A stretch of 64,000 nucleotides of DNA from Centroscyllium fabricii (GCA_051313645.2 JBNRSN020000009.1:63054001-63118000), one strand, 5' to 3'; positions 1 through 13,161 are shown, numbered from the stretch's first letter. Notes: generated by a model from the sequence alone, not told the origin. Made by a program: numbers and translations.

Positions 1-2
1 AT

Positions 3-259
3 TGATGCGCTATCAATAACCTCAAAAGACTAGAAGTTATGTGAATAAATGATAGGCTTTTATTAGCTAAAGAACCGGAGCATACCTCTGCTGTTTGACT
101 GGTCCCAGACTGAGTGGGGGTTGGGAGACGGCCAGCCTTATACCTGGGTCCGGGGGAGGAGCCACAGGCGGAGTCAGCAGGGGCATGCCCAGGCAGGTTA
201 CATGCAGACAGGTATAGTGAACTATAATACAATATTATACAAAACAGTGGTTTACCACA
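3..259 (-). mobile_element. Gypsy LTR (probably the 5' LTR of an element extending left of the window)
   Basis: On - strand starts TGTGGTAAACCAC and ends GCGCATCA, with TATA-like motif and AATAAAAGCC. Same layout as LTRs at 536-812, 38499-38778 and 47403-47681. Confidence 0.8.
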
Positions 260-439
260 ACATGTATCTCTGGAATCACTTTGTCCTTTTGCTGGTCAGA
301 ATTGGGTAAAAAGTTTTTCAAATTCCCCAACCCAGAAATAAAATCCATGTTTTGTAGAAACAATAAAAAGTGATTTAAAAAAGTGTGTAAGTACTTATCC
401 AAAAATAGCTTCCATCTCCTTCCGCAGGTAAACCTTTAA

Positions 440-890
440 TTATAATAAAAGCAAAGGAAATGGCCGCGCGCATGCGCAAACCATTCAAAACGGCCGCGCA
501 CATGTGCAGACCATTCAAAATGGCCGCGCAGATGCTGACGTATCGTCAATTGTCTTAATAAAAGACTAAACGAGTAGTGACCTTAACTATAGGCTTTTAT
601 TAACTTACTTTGGAGCTGCCCTCCGAACGAACATCAGAACAGAATGAGGGAGCCCCGGTCAGTCCTCACCTATAAAGGGCCTCACCTGGGGGAGGAGTTA
701 GAGGTGTGGCTGACCTGGCTCCACGGCAGTGTTGCAAAGTGGTGTATCATACAAAGCCAATGTTGGCGACAATATTACAGTGGTAATCGTATATACAATA
801 TGGGTTACCACACATGCGCAGACCAGTTGGGGAGAGCCCCAGATTTGTGCCAGACAGCTGAAGTTTCCGGATAAACGGTGCCGGACCTGT
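440..890. mobile_element. Remnant of Tc1/mariner (Tigger-like) MITE interrupted by the solo LTR
   Basis: GGCCGCGCATGCGCA/CCATTCAAAA repeats and terminus CCGGATAAACGGTGCCGGACCTG-TA resemble the element at 12249-12780. Confidence 0.5.
536..812 (-). mobile_element. Solo Gypsy LTR related to the 38499-43376 family
   Basis: TG...CA ends; strong similarity to 43098-43376; flanks GATGC (531-535) / CATGC (813-817) form a 5-bp TSD with one mismatch. Confidence 0.9.
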
Positions 891-1417
891 AACACATTAC
901 AAAGCATTCCCTTGTTTCACTGTCATGGGATTGTGATACATTCGTGGTTTTATTTAAAGAAAGTCTGTTTCTTCCATTCATGTGCCTTAACCTAAATGGT
1001 CACATGGAAACTGCTCAGCTAGTGGGAGCAGAAACTCCAGCTGTGATATAGGTCTCTGGTTGGATGACATGAGAAGAGGCTGTGAACCCAAAGGTGAAGA
1101 CTGAACGACAGAAATGCAAGACTTGGATCCAGTTCTAAAATTCAACTGTTGATTCAATATTAGTAGTTTAAACAATAAATAAGTAAATAAATTCAATAAA
1201 TCAGCAAATGGCTTTGTTGGCCATATAACATTACCACAAAGTGAGATAATAAAACCTCACACACAGAACTAATATATTTTGGGCTCCTCGTAATCAAGGT
1301 ATGGACTTGTCAAGATATGTCCCGTGAAGTTTAAACTGAGAGCTCGGTAATGTCTTGGCTGTCATGCCACATTCAAAATAGTATGATCGCAACTGTAATG
1401 TGAAGATCTCAACATGT

Positions 1418-1895
1418 CCGCTGTGGCTCAGTGGGTAGCACACTTGCCTCTGAGTCAGAAGGTGTGGGTTCAAGGTCCCACTCCAGGGACTTGCGCACAT
1501 AAAGCTAGGCTGACACACCAGTGCAGTGCTGAGGGAGTGCTGCACTGTTGGAGGTGCCATCTTTTGGATGAGACATTAAACCAAGGCTCCGTCTGCCCTC
1601 TCAGGTGGACGTAAAAGATCCCATGCACTATTTCAAAGAAGAGCAGGGGGGTTATCCCCAGTGTCCTGGCCAATATTTCTCCCTCAACCAACATAACAAA
1701 AACAGATTATATGGTCATTTTCACATCGCTGTTTGCGGGAGCTTGCTGTGTGCAAATTGGCTGCAGCGTTCCCCACATTACAACAGTGACTCCACTTCAA
1801 AAGTACTTCATTGGCTGTAAAGCACTTTGAGATGTCCGGTGGTCATGAAAGGCGCTATATAAATGCAAGCCTTTCTTTTTTTTTTCTTTTTTTCA
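1418..1895 (+). mobile_element. tRNA-headed DeuSINE (SacSINE1-like)
   Basis: Pol III A box GTGGCTCAGTGG and B box GGTTCAAGGTCC; Deu-like core CAGTGCAGTGCTGAGGGAGTGCTGCACTG; tail GGCGCTATATAAATGCAAG plus T-rich end; further copies in the window. Confidence 0.75.
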
Positions 1896-2385
1896 AGCTA
1901 TAGCTTTCATGTAGCTCCAGATTGTGTCGCCCTCACTGAGACCCATCCAAAGTGACAGTAGAGCAGTGTTGGCGTTGTCACCAAAGTAACAAAGCCTCGC
2001 AATCCATCGTGCATTTTGAGACATGTCAGTGTTGCCACCTACATTTGGCAACTGACTCCTCGGGTTAACGGATGATACTCCAGTAGGTGAAACTGGTGCA
2101 TAGAGTGGGTACTAAAGGCTCTCCTTAGAGGGAAGGATGGTGGATGCGTGAGATAGGTGTAGAGTGTTCAACACATTAAGACAGACTCAGGATTGTTGTG
2201 TGCTCAGCCATTGCTCGAGGCCTTGTTTAATCTCTCTCACTTCCTGTTAACCCTCTGTTGCCCCCTACTGGGCAGAGGGTAACTATCACTACATCTCCCT
2301 TTCTAAACATACTTTGAAAACTATTCCTTTACTGTTAACATTTTCAAATCATTACTTTTTTACAGTGCTTAAGAAATAATAAACT

Positions 2386-5300
2386 CTAACAAACATCATA
2401 ATAACTCTTAACAAATATAACATCTCTAATGCATCTCTCTTTCCTTTTTTGTTTAAAAAAATGAATAATACAAGCAGAGTAAGCTTGGAGGGAAAAGGCA
2501 ACTGCCTGAACCCTCCACCAAGTACCTCGGGTATTATTCTGACCCAATGAGGTGTCTTGGTTATCAAGATATTCATGTTTCAAAGTCCTGGAGGTATGAA
2601 GGAGGCTTACGGACCCTTTCAGGGTATCGTCTGGAACCCGATGGAGCTGGGGTATCCCCTGTGGGTGGGGGTGTTCCAGGACCCACATCCCATTGTCGTC
2701 ATCGGGAATGGAAGGCTCATCAGCGTCTGGGGGCTGCTGTGTAAGTGCGAGGTGCCTGCGGTTCCTACGAACAATCTGGCCCTGGATATCAACCAGATAC
2801 GATCTTGGGGTGTTGGCCTGTCCTTGCACAATGCCTCTTTTGTGGGAGTCCTGTATCCACACATAGTCACCTGGAAGGAGTGGACACAAGGGCTTAGCTC
2901 TGTGGCGCCAGTTAAAGTTGGCCTGTTGTCTTAGTTTAGATTGTTTATCCTTGTCTGTAAAATTCTGGAGGTCGGGCCAGCCTGGGGTCAGGAGTGATGG
3001 CATAGTTGGCATGGTTGTACGAAGTTTCCTGCCTTGTAGCAACTCAGCAGGGCTGAATCCACTAGAAATAGGTGTGGAGCGGTATGCAAGGAGTGCCCGG
3101 TATGGGTCAGGTGACTTTTTAAAAAGATGTTTGGCTGTCTGGACAGCACGCTCGGCAGCCCCATTGCTTTGAGGATACAGAGGGCTGGATGTGACATGGG
3201 TGAAGTCCCAGCTGTCGGCAAATGAGCGAAAGGTGACCGAGGCAAATTGGGGGCCGTTATCAGTTCGGACCAGCAGTGGGACCTCTAGGCGGGCAAAGCA
3301 GGATTTCATACACTCAACGACTGCATGTGAGGTGGTGGAGGAACATTTGATAACTTCAATGAACTTAGAGAAGTAGTCAAACATTACCAGGTAAGTTGAG
3401 TTATCAAAATGAAATAGATCAGCCCCAACCTTCTGCCATGGGCCCTCAGTGGTGTCATCTGGAATCATTGGCTCTGGTGGTTGTTGTCTCATTTGGGCAC
3501 AGCTTGGGCACTGTTGTACTTTATGTTGTAGTTGACCGCTTAATCCAGGCCACCAGACAGAACACCTGGCTTGTGCTCTGCATTTTGTGATCCCTTGATG
3601 GCCATCATGCAGTTTGTCCAGAATGTCTTTCTGCATTGATGCTGGAATGACCAACCGGCACCCTTGTAGCAGCAATCCTTGTGCAATAGTGAGGTCACCT
3701 GAAACAGCCGTGTAAGGTCTAAGAGCGTTGTCAAGTTTTGCATCATCTGGCCAGCCCTCATGGCAGTATGTGAAGACCTGACGAAGTAGTTCATCTGTTT
3801 CCTGTTCGTGACGAGGTGCAGCCAGGCGTTTCTCGGTCATGGGCAGTGCAGTGAGTATTGAGTGTACATAATTCTCTATGCACTGCACCTCAGAGGAATC
3901 ATCCATCGGCGGCTGGTAGGGAGCTCTGGAGAGGACGTCGGCAGTTGCTAGGCTCTTCCCTGGCACATGTGATATAGTGAAGTGAAAGTGCATGAGTCGC
4001 ATCCAAAAGCGCTGAATGCGGGGGGACAACTCATCCAGGTTTTTAGATCCCAATAGTGTAAGGAGGGGCTTGTGATCTGTTTCGACCTGGAACGTCATGC
4101 CTATTAGGAAGTCTCTATAGCGCTCACACGCCCATGTAATGGCCAAGGCCTCTTTCTCAATCTGCACATAGCGCTGCTCTGTTTTTGAAAGGGCTCGTGA
4201 AGCATAGGCTACAGGGCGCCAGTCAGTGTCAGGTCTCTTTTGTAAAAGGACTGCACCCAAGCCAAACGATGAGGCATCAGCTGACACTTTAGTGAGTGTA
4301 TTGGGGTCATACAGTGCAAGGCCTGGCGGGGTGGTTAGCTCCGTCTTTATCTCAGTGAAAGCTTGGTACTGCTGGGGTCCCCAATACCATGAGGTCTGCC
4401 TGTTGAGGAGATCCCGAAGTGGCTTGGTTTTATCGGCTAGATGGGGTATGTATTTGCTCAAGTGATTGACCAGGCCCATGAAGCGGCGTATTTCAGATAC
4501 ATTCCTTGGCACGGCCATGTGTGTGAGGACCTTGACTTTGTCAGGATCTGCTCTGTGTTTTGGCAAATTCACATTTGGAGTTGAGAGTAAGTCCAGCTTG
4601 CTGTAGTCTACCAAGAATTGCAAACAGTCGCTGATCGTGCTGTTCTTGGGTTGCGCCAAACACCAACACGGTATCCATTTGGCATAAGACACCATCAAGT
4701 CCCTCAAGGAGGCGGGACATGCGGCGCTGGAAATGCTCAGGGGCGGAGGATATTCCAAAGGACAGTCTGTGGAAACAGTAACGTCCAAATGGCGTGATGA
4801 ACGAGGTTAGACGTTTTGTCTCCTCTGTCAAGGGTATTTGCCAGAAACCAGATTGAGCGTCAAGCTTTGTAAAAACCTTTGCATCTTTCAGCTGCCCCAG
4901 AGTGTGCTCTACACAGGGTAAGAGATGCAGCTCTCTACAGACACATTCACTGAGTTTTGTTAGGTCTACACAGATTCTGATTTTTCCGTTGGGTTTTGGG
5001 ACTACAACCATTCCGGAGCACCAGGTTGTGGGTTCCTCAACTCTTGCAATTATCCCCAGTTGCTCCATGTGAGTTAGTTCCTCCTTAACTTTGGTCATAA
5101 GGGGGAGCGAGACACGTCGGGGTGTAGAGAGAGCAAAAGGTTTGGCCTCCAGCTTGAGGCGAATATGATACTCCTCTTGCAGTCACCCAATGCCTTGAAA
5201 CAGTCTGGGGAACCGCTGTCTGACCTCCCGTTCAAGATCCGTAGATACTGTCTCTGCTACTTGTGGGTCCGACCTGGGCACCAGATGCAAGGAAATGATG

Positions 5301-7294
5301 GCGGGGTGACCGAGGAGCGCTGTCCGTAGACCACGTACCACATACACAACCTGCTTTGTAGACCATGGACCACGGGTCAGGGTAGCTGAAAATTTTCCTC
5401 TGACATTCAACGGGACTTGACCGGGCCCCTGAAGAATCTTAGAGGTGCTCTGAAGAGCCTCTAGACCTAGGTCGTTGTAGAGGCACTCCAGGATAACAGT
5501 GACATCAGCCCCTGTATCAATTTTGAATTCAGTCATGTGGCCACACAGGTTTAGGGTGATGGTCCACGGCTGGTCCTGCCCATTTCCAATTGACCCCAGG
5601 AACGCTATCTCATTGTCGTCGTCCGCTGATATTTCAGCAACCACAGGTGTGGATCAGCAAACTGCAGCAAAATGCCCCTTTTTCTGGCAATTCCTGCAAC
5701 TAACATCTTTGGCTGGACAGATTAGTCTATTATGTGTACTCTGGCCACACCATCTGCAACTCCACTTTTGAGCTTGGAAATGTGTTCCAGTTTGAGTTCC
5801 AGTGCGAGGCCTCTGTACATATTCATGTGAGTCAGTCTGTCTTGATTTGGTTGAAAATTTTTTTGGGGGACCTGCTTGTCGGGTGGCACTTATGGTTTCA
5901 ATGGACTCCTCCTCCTCATTACTACCTTTCTGAAGCATTGATTGCTGTTTCTTTATTGTTTCACTTTGGAAAACCTGTGTTTTTGCTTTGTCAACTGTGA
6001 GGTCTGGATCCATCTGTAATTTTCCAGAGAGTTTAAGATCCCTTAGTCCAACAACCAATCTGTCACAAATTCGTTCATCCCGCATATCTCCATATTTACA
6101 GTGTTCGATGAGCTCATATAGCGCCTTGATGAAGCTATCACATGATTCCCCTCTCCCCTGCACGCGCCTATAGAATCTTGCGCGTTCGAATATCAAATTC
6201 CTCCGCGGGATAAAATGATTAGACAAGTCCGATTTAACTGTGTCATAGCTTTTCAGTTGATCAGCCGTAATGATCAACAATGACGAGTCAGCCTACAGGG
6301 ATGAGATCCAGCGCCTTGTGGGTTGGTGTGCCGACAACAACCTGGCACTGAACACCAAGAAAACCAAGGAGATAATAGTGGACTTCCGGAGGACTGGAAG
6401 CAGAAGACACACCCCCATCTTCATCCAAGGGTCTGAGGTGGAAAGGGTGTCCAGCTTCAAGTTCCTCGGGGTCCACATCTCGGAAGATCTCTCCTGGTCA
6501 CTAAACACCTCCTCTCTGGTTAAGAAGGCCCAACAGCGCCTGTACTTCCTTAGGAAGCTGAAGAAAGCCAGGCTGTCATCCGGCATCCTCTCCAACTTCT
6601 ACCGCTGCACAATAGAAAGCATACTGACAAGCTGCATCACTGTCTGGTATGGTAATTGCACTATCTCGGACCGGAAAACCCTGCAGCGGGTAGTCAAAAC
6701 TGCCCAACGAATTACCGGTACACAGCTACCGTCAATGGAAAGCATCTACCTCAAACGCTGCTTACGGAGGTCTATGAACATTATTAAAGACCCCACACAC
6801 CCCAGCCACAGTCTGTTCGCCCCTCTGCCCTCCGGGAGACGCTACAGAGCAATTTGCACCCGCACGACTAGATTTCAGAACAGCTTCTTCCCCAGGGCTG
6901 TCAGCCTCCTGAACTCTAAAAAGAAACTCCGGTACCTGCACGCCTGATAATGAACTTTACTGTATGCAATTTTCATGTAATTTATTTATTTTGTTTGCAC
7001 TACTCTCGGGAGAGTCGAGTCTTCGTCTCGTTGTATTGTACTAGTACTCTGCAATGACAATAAAAATTTGAATTGAATTGAATTGATATTCCTGCACCGG
7101 ACGATCGCTTCAGCCTCCGCTCCCATAGAATATAATAGGGTATTAGCCTGTTTTTCCTGTGCCTGTTTATCGAGGCCCGAAGCCTGTCTGAAATGTTCAA
7201 ATCTGCTGATCCACAATGGCCACTCTTCCGGCCGCGTAAAATCAAACTCGGAGGGGGGAGAAATCTGAAAGAATGCAGGACTTTGAGTGGCCAT
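2386..7294 (-). pseudogene. gag-pol of the Mag-like element (Gag, two Zn knuckles, PR, RT, RNase H, IN); frameshifts, stops and a LINE insertion
   Basis: CRWCGQSTH..C and CRNCQKKGH..C knuckles; PR FKIDTGADVT; RT KLDAQSGFWQ..QMDT; RH DASSFGLGAVL; IN HDGHQG..CPSC, RTDNGPQF, PQSNGAAER. Confidence 0.9.
6274..7086 (+). mobile_element. 5'-truncated Rex1/Babar LINE (RT C-terminus, 3' UTR, (TTGAA)n tail) inserted in gag
   Basis: ORF 6270-6947 with FKFLGVHI..KKAQQRLYFLRKL..YRCTIESILT..RFQNSFFPRA; tail AATGACAATAAA(TTGAA)n; short TGAT duplication. Confidence 0.85.
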
Positions 7295-7467
7295 GATCGT
7301 AAGCTAAGCACCATGGGGTAAATACACTTTTTCTTTCTCTCTCTCAGTCTCTTTCGGTTTTCTCAGTTGTGGCTTAAACAGCTATTGTAAACTTTCACTC
7401 ATCGGGAGCTGACTGGTTTTACTGCGGAATTCAGTTCTATTGTGGGTTCAGATCGCAATTCTGACAC

Positions 7468-10400
7468 TGTAGAGGCATGCAGGCCTGAAGAACCACACTG
7501 AACACAGAAGATTCGGAAAATTATCATTTAATACTAACACAGCTATGGCCAGGTAGCGAAAGAGAGTGAGCCACCTGGAACCAGGTTATTTAAAGGTCCC
7601 GCGGTTGGTGACGTCACTGCCGGGTGTCCACCTGGCGACGTCATCACGCCGGAAGTCGCGGTGACGTCATCACGCCGCCCGGCGGGCGGGGCCGTCTCGC
7701 AGCACTCCCGAGGTGGATTCGATGGTTCTGGTGGGCGTGTCGCCACACAGCTCCCCCCCAGAATCCGTGAGGGAGAGCAAAGCTTGACCTAGAGTAGAAG
7801 GGAGCATAAAGAAAAATTTAAAAATGGAGCATAAAAGTTGAGTCTCAGGCGAGGTGCCGAGGCGGCCTGATGATGCGGCCCGCACGTGTCGTCTCAGGCG
7901 AGGCATTGAGGTGGCTTGATGATGCGGCCAGCACGTGTCGTGCGCTGCTCCTTGCTCTGCGTGGGAGTGTGGGCGGGGTTTGGTGCGGTAGGGCGTCCGC
8001 GCTTTGGTGGCTGTGCGGGGACTGTTGTCTCACCCGCCATTACGTGTGCCGGTTTGAGCCAGTCGATTGAGACAGTCTCGGCTCTGTTGCCCATTTTGAT
8101 CTGGAACGTTTTAGGTCCCGCCCGAAGCACTCTGTACGGTCCGTCGTATGGTGGTTGTAGTGGTGTTCGATGTGCATCGTGGCGGACAAACACATACTTG
8201 GCATTCTGGATGCCATCTGGAACACGTGCTGCCGGCTCTCCGTGCCGAGCCACCGGAAGTGGTTTGAACGCCGCCGCCTGGTTGTTGAAGTCTTTGAGGC
8301 AGCGGTCGGTTGGCCAGGGGGCGTTTGTTTCTGCGACGAACTCGCCTGGTACGGTTAGGGGTTGGCCATAGACCAGTTCCGCCGCTGAGGCGTGCAGGTC
8401 TTCCTTGAACGCTGAACGCAGGCCGAGCATTACCCAGGGCAGGCGGTCGGTCCAGGTCGCGTCTTTGAGGCTGGCCCGCAAGGAAGCTTTGAAGGAGCGG
8501 TGGAACCGTTCGCAGAGGCCATTGGCCTGTGGGTGGTAGGCGGTGGTTCAGTGCAGGGTTGCCCCGAGGTCGTGGGCGATGGTTGCCCATAGGGTTGAGG
8601 TAAATTGGGGGCCCCTGTCTGATGTGATGTCGGTGGGGACGCCAAACGTGCGACCCAGGTGGCAATGAAGGCCCTGGCCAGGTCCGCGGTGGTGGTAGCG
8701 GTGAGGGGGACCGCTTCTGGCCAGCGGGTGCTGCGGTCGACCATAGTCATGATATGTGTATGTCCCCGTGATGGTGGTAGTGGTCCGACCAGGTCGATGT
8801 GGACGTGGCTGAAGCGTCTAGCTGGGATGCCGATCGTTTCTACTGGTGCCTTGATGTGCTTGTGCACCTTGGCGCGCTGGCAGGCATTGCAGGCGTTGGT
8901 CCAGGTGCGGACATCCTTGCGCAGGCCGCGCCAAACGAATCGCGCAGAGATGAGCTTTGTGGACGCGCGGACACCGGGGTGGGACAGGTCATGGAGGGTC
9001 TGGAAGATGTGTCGCCTCCATGCGTGGGGGACGACGGGTCTGGGCTGCGGGAGGGAGACGTCGCAGCGGACCTCCGTGGCTGTGGGCCCGTGTGCTACGC
9101 TGGCCAAGAGCAGGCCGGGGAGGTTGGTAGCTGGGTCGAGCAGATCGAGGTCGGTCAGTTGGTCGGCCGCCAGTTTGGTGCAGTCGACGGCCGTTTGAAT
9201 GGAGTTGATGGTGGGGCGTGAGAGGCAGTCAGCAACCATGTTGTCGCGGCCGGCGATGTGCTGAATGTCGGTAGTGAATTCCGACACAGCCGCGAGCTGG
9301 CGCTGCTGCCTGGCCGACCAGGGTTCAGAGATCTTAGCCATTGCAGACACAAGTGGCTTGTGATCCACGAAGGCTGTAAAGTGGCGGCTCTCTAGGAGGA
9401 AGCGGAAGTGGCGCACCGCGAGGTAGAGAGCGAGTAGCTCCCTATCGAAGGCGCTGTACTTGACCTCCGGGGGCCGGAGTTGTCGGCTGAAAAAGGCCAG
9501 GGGTTGCCAGGAGTCGCCTGTCCACTGCTCAAAGACTGCTCCGACGGCGCGGTCGGAGGCGTCGGTGGTGAGGGCTACTCTGGCGTTGGGCTTAGGGTGG
9601 CTGAGGAGCGTGGCATTGGCCAGGGCGGTTTTGGTTGCGGTGAAGGCGGTGGAAGCTTCGGCCGTCCACATCGACCGCAGCCTTGTTGGACTGGCCGCGG
9701 GTGGCGTGGTAGAGGGGGGCCATGAGAGCGGCTGCTCCTGGGATGAAGCGGTTATAGAAGTTAACCATCCCAAGGAATTCCTGCAGCCCCTTGCTGGAGT
9801 GCGGGCGGGGAAATTCCTGGACCGCCTGCACCTTGGAGGGCAGGGGTATGGCCCCGGTCTGGGAGATGTGGTGGCCGAGGAAGTCGATCGTCTCGAGGCC
9901 GAATCGACATTTGGAGGGGCTTAATATAAGGCCGTGTTCGGCCAGGCGGTTGAAAGGGGCCCTGAGATGGAGGAGGTGTTCCTGGGGGGAGGTGCTGGCC
10001 ACGAGGATGTCGTCTAGGTAGACGAACGTGAACTGCAAGTCCCGGAGGACTGAGTCCATGAGGCGCTGGAAGGCCTGGGCCGCGTTTTTGAGTCCGAAGG
10101 GCATTCGGAGGAATTCAAATAAGCCAAATGGGGTAATGACGGCTGTCTTAGGGACGTCCACCGGGTGCACTGGTACCTGGTGGTAGCCCCGTACCAGGTC
10201 GATCTTGGAAAAGACCGTGCAGCCAGCTAGCCTTGCTGAGAAATCTTGGATGTGGGGGATGGGGTACCTGTCTGGGGTGGTGGCGTTGTTCAGGCGGCGG
10301 TAGTCTCCGCAGGGGCGCCAGCCACCACCGGGTTTGGGGGCAATGTGGAGGGGGGAGGCCCAGGGGCTGCTGGAGCGGCGGATTATGCCGAGTTGTTCCA

Positions 10401-12068
10401 TGATGTGGAACTCGGCGCGCGCGATCTCCAGCTTGGCCGGGTCCAGCCTGCGTGCGTGGGCATGGACTGGGGGGCCTGTGGTGGTGATGTGATGCTCCAC
10501 CCCGTGCTTGGCCGTGCGGGCTGTGAAGGTGGGGTTGGTGAGGGCTGGGAACTCCGCGAGCAGCGTGGCGTACGTGTCGGAGTTCCGTGCTCGGCAGTGG
10601 GACGCCGCGTGGGTCTGGTGTGCCGGGCCTGTGGAGCATGGGATGGTCGACATGTTGTGGATGTCGACCAGGCGGCGCCGGGTAACGTTGACCAGTAGGC
10701 CGTGGGCGCAGAGAAAGTCGGCCCCGAGTAGGGGTATTTTGACTTGGACTGTGATAAAGTCCCACTTGTACATGTGGCCTGCTAGCTTGATGGTAAGCTG
10801 GCGGGTGCCGAACGTAACTATCTCGGAGCCGTTTGCGGCTTCAAGTGGTGGGCCTTGGTTGCCTTGCTTGGTTTCTGTGGGGGAGGCTGGCACGATGCTG
10901 TGCTGCGCGCCTGTGTCGCAGAGGAAGCGGAGGCCTGAGCCACTGTCCGTGACGAAGAGCAGTGCTCCAGAGCGGCCTACTGACATGGTGGGGCTTGGGC
11001 TGGTTTGGGGTTTGAAGGTGCAGGGCTGGACGCAGCGCTGCGCTTTAGCTTCAAACCTGGTGTGATAGTAGCACCAGCCGGGGCCTGTGGTGCGTGGCTT
11101 TTTGTGGGTCCGCACCGGTCTGGGTTGGGACCTGGGGCCGGGCCTGGGGTGCGCGTAGTACTGCTCCGGTGGAGCGGCAGTGGGTTGGCACGTGGCGGCT
11201 CGGGTGCGCTCGGCCCTCATCAGCTTGTCGGCCTCATGAGCCAGTTGCTCCTTGGTGTAGTGCTCAAGGACCGTCAGAGCCGGTCTGACGGAGGGGGGCA
11301 GTTTAAGGAGGAACAAGGCGCGCTTGATGGTGGCCGGGTCGCAATTAAGCGCTTCAAATTGGGCCCAAAGGTCCGATGGATCTGCGTCCCCGAGGTCGGG
11401 GAGGTTAATGAGCTGGCAGTTGCGCTCAAATTGGGTGGGGGTAAATTTTTCTAGCAGCGCGACCTTAAGCGTTTCGTACCTGCCAGCAGTTGGTTCTTGC
11501 TGGATTGATGCCCACATTCGGTCGAGCGTGGGCTGCGAAAGGGTCGCGAAGAGCAGGCTGTAGCGATCGTCCCCCTGCACGCCATAGATGCGGTCGGTGT
11601 TCTCCGTGTTGAGGAACCAGGCCGCTGGACGGAGTTCCCAGAACTCAGGTAAGTTTGGGATTTGGCCGTAGTTCTGGCCCCGTCTGTGGTGGCGTGCTGT
11701 TTCGATCCCTGCTGGCATGGTGGTTGCGATTCAACTGAAGCAGCTTGGCCCTCAGTCCTGCAGCGACTGCTTCATTGTTCCCTTGGAATTCGTTCCAAGT
11801 ATCGAGGTCACCACTGTAGAGGCATGCAGGCCTGAAGAACCACACTGGACACAGAAGATTCGGAAAGTTATCATTTAATACTAACACAGCTATGGCCAGG
11901 TAGCGAAAGAGAGTGAGCCACCTGGAACCAGGGTATTTAAAGGTCCCGCGGTTGGTGACATCACTGCCGGGTGTCCACCTGGCGACGTCATCATGCCGCC
12001 CGGCGGGCGGGGCCGTCTCGCAGCACTCCCGAGGCGGATTCGATGGTTCTGGTGGGCGTGTCGCCACA
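7468..12068 (-). mobile_element. CsRn1-clade Gypsy LTR retrotransposon nested in the PBS of the 2158-12210 element
   Basis: LTRs 7468-7747 and 11815-12068 (~6 substitutions plus a 26-bp indel); 4-bp TSD ACAC; PBS TGGTGACCTCGA (tRNA-Trp-like); G-rich PPT; CHCC-type Gag motif. Confidence 0.92.
7894..11718 (-). pseudogene. gag-pol of the CsRn1-like element, broken by frameshifts and a stop
   Basis: [18 protein letters not shown]; [11 protein letters not shown]; [17 protein letters not shown]; RH TDASDRAVGA; IN HPGVRAS..CNAC, HIDLVGP, GPY module. Confidence 0.9.
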
Positions 12069-12248
12069 ACACCATGTAGAGTGTTCAACACATTAAGACA
12101 GACTCAGGATTGTTGTGTGCTCAGCCTTTGCTCGAGGCCTTGTTTAATCTCTCTCACTTCCTATTAACCCTCTGTTGCCCCCTACTGGGCAGAGGGTAAC
12201 TATCACTACAATGGGGATCCATTTTAGGGGAAGCCAGTGTGCCCAGTA

Positions 12249-12780
12249 CAGGTTGTGCACAGAACATCCGTGACCCGAAACGCCAGCAGCTTCAGTCTGC
12301 CGGAACAAATTGCCCCGACTGCACTGCGCATGCGCAAGATGGCAGACGCCATCGCGGCTTCGGTGAATGATCTGCGCATGCGCCGCCGAACGGCGAGCGC
12401 ATGCACAGATCATTCAAAACGGCTGCCGGGTGTTTTGAATGATTTGCGCATGCGTCGCCGGACGGCTAGCGCATGCGCAGATCATTCAAAACGGCCGCCA
12501 GGCCTTCCGTGGCATCAGGGCGTGGCGGCTCGTGCCACGTTTTGAATGTGCGAGTCCCGAGCGCCTGCCAAGGTGAAGCGCGCGTTTCCCGGAGCAGCCT
12601 GCTGGCCGTCAGCTGAGACTCCACAAAGACGTTCGCCGGCCATTTCCAATGTTGTGCGCATGCGCGCGGCCATTTTGCATGGTGCGCGCATGCGCACTGA
12701 CCGACTTCATTCTGCCGGTTTTTTCACTTTCCCGGCACGGGCCAGGTCCCGCCCGTGCCGGATTTCCGGTGCGCAACCTG
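12249..12780. mobile_element. Non-autonomous Tc1/mariner (Tigger/pogo-like) MITE
   Basis: Imperfect TIRs CAGGTTGTGCACAGAACATCCG / CGGATTTCCGGTGCGCAACCTG, each flanked by TA; internal GCGCATGCGC palindromes. Confidence 0.75.
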
Positions 12781-13161
12781 TATAACTTGGCTGGTGCAAC
12801 TGAAGTGTGTTAAATAATGCCATTTTGAGGGTAAAAATGTTGGGAGTTCTGCCAAATGCATGTTGAATGATTTTAAAATTTTGTGAAAATATTTAATGTT
12901 ACCACGATGGACTCAGGTTCAATTCCTGGCCAGTGATGAATTAGTCAATCTCAATGGGCTGGTAGCAGAGATGCTACAATCTGTGTTATTGCTTATGGTT
13001 ATTGCTTATTGCTAGTCTGCAAGTGTGTGTGTGTGACAGAAATGTTGACTTCAGAGGCCCAGACTTCAAACGAAAACTCCATTCGGCACACTACCACAAT
13101 CCGTGAGACTCTCTGTTGGCTATACAAAAGTGAGCCCCTCCCAACCTATCTAGACACTTAA

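Larger units (their letters stand above)
2158..12210 (-). mobile_element. Full-length Gypsy LTR retrotransposon (Mag/SURL-like), degenerate, hosting two nested insertions
   Basis: 136-bp LTRs at 2158-2293 and 12075-12210 (2 differences); TSD ATAGG/ATGGG; PPT AGAAAGGGAGA; reconstructed PBS TGGTGTCAGAATTGCGATC (tRNA-Leu-like). Confidence 0.92.

Noticed and set aside
1418-1495. tRNA-like sequence (also 46781-46850 and 48655-48728)
   Set aside because: SINE heads continuous with SINE bodies or degenerate; not tRNA genes.
8111-11563. Many 100-200 aa ORFs overlapping the CsRn1-like pol in other frames or strands (likewise within 29797-42656)
   Set aside because: Shadow ORFs of GC-rich retroelement coding sequence, with no recognisable motifs.
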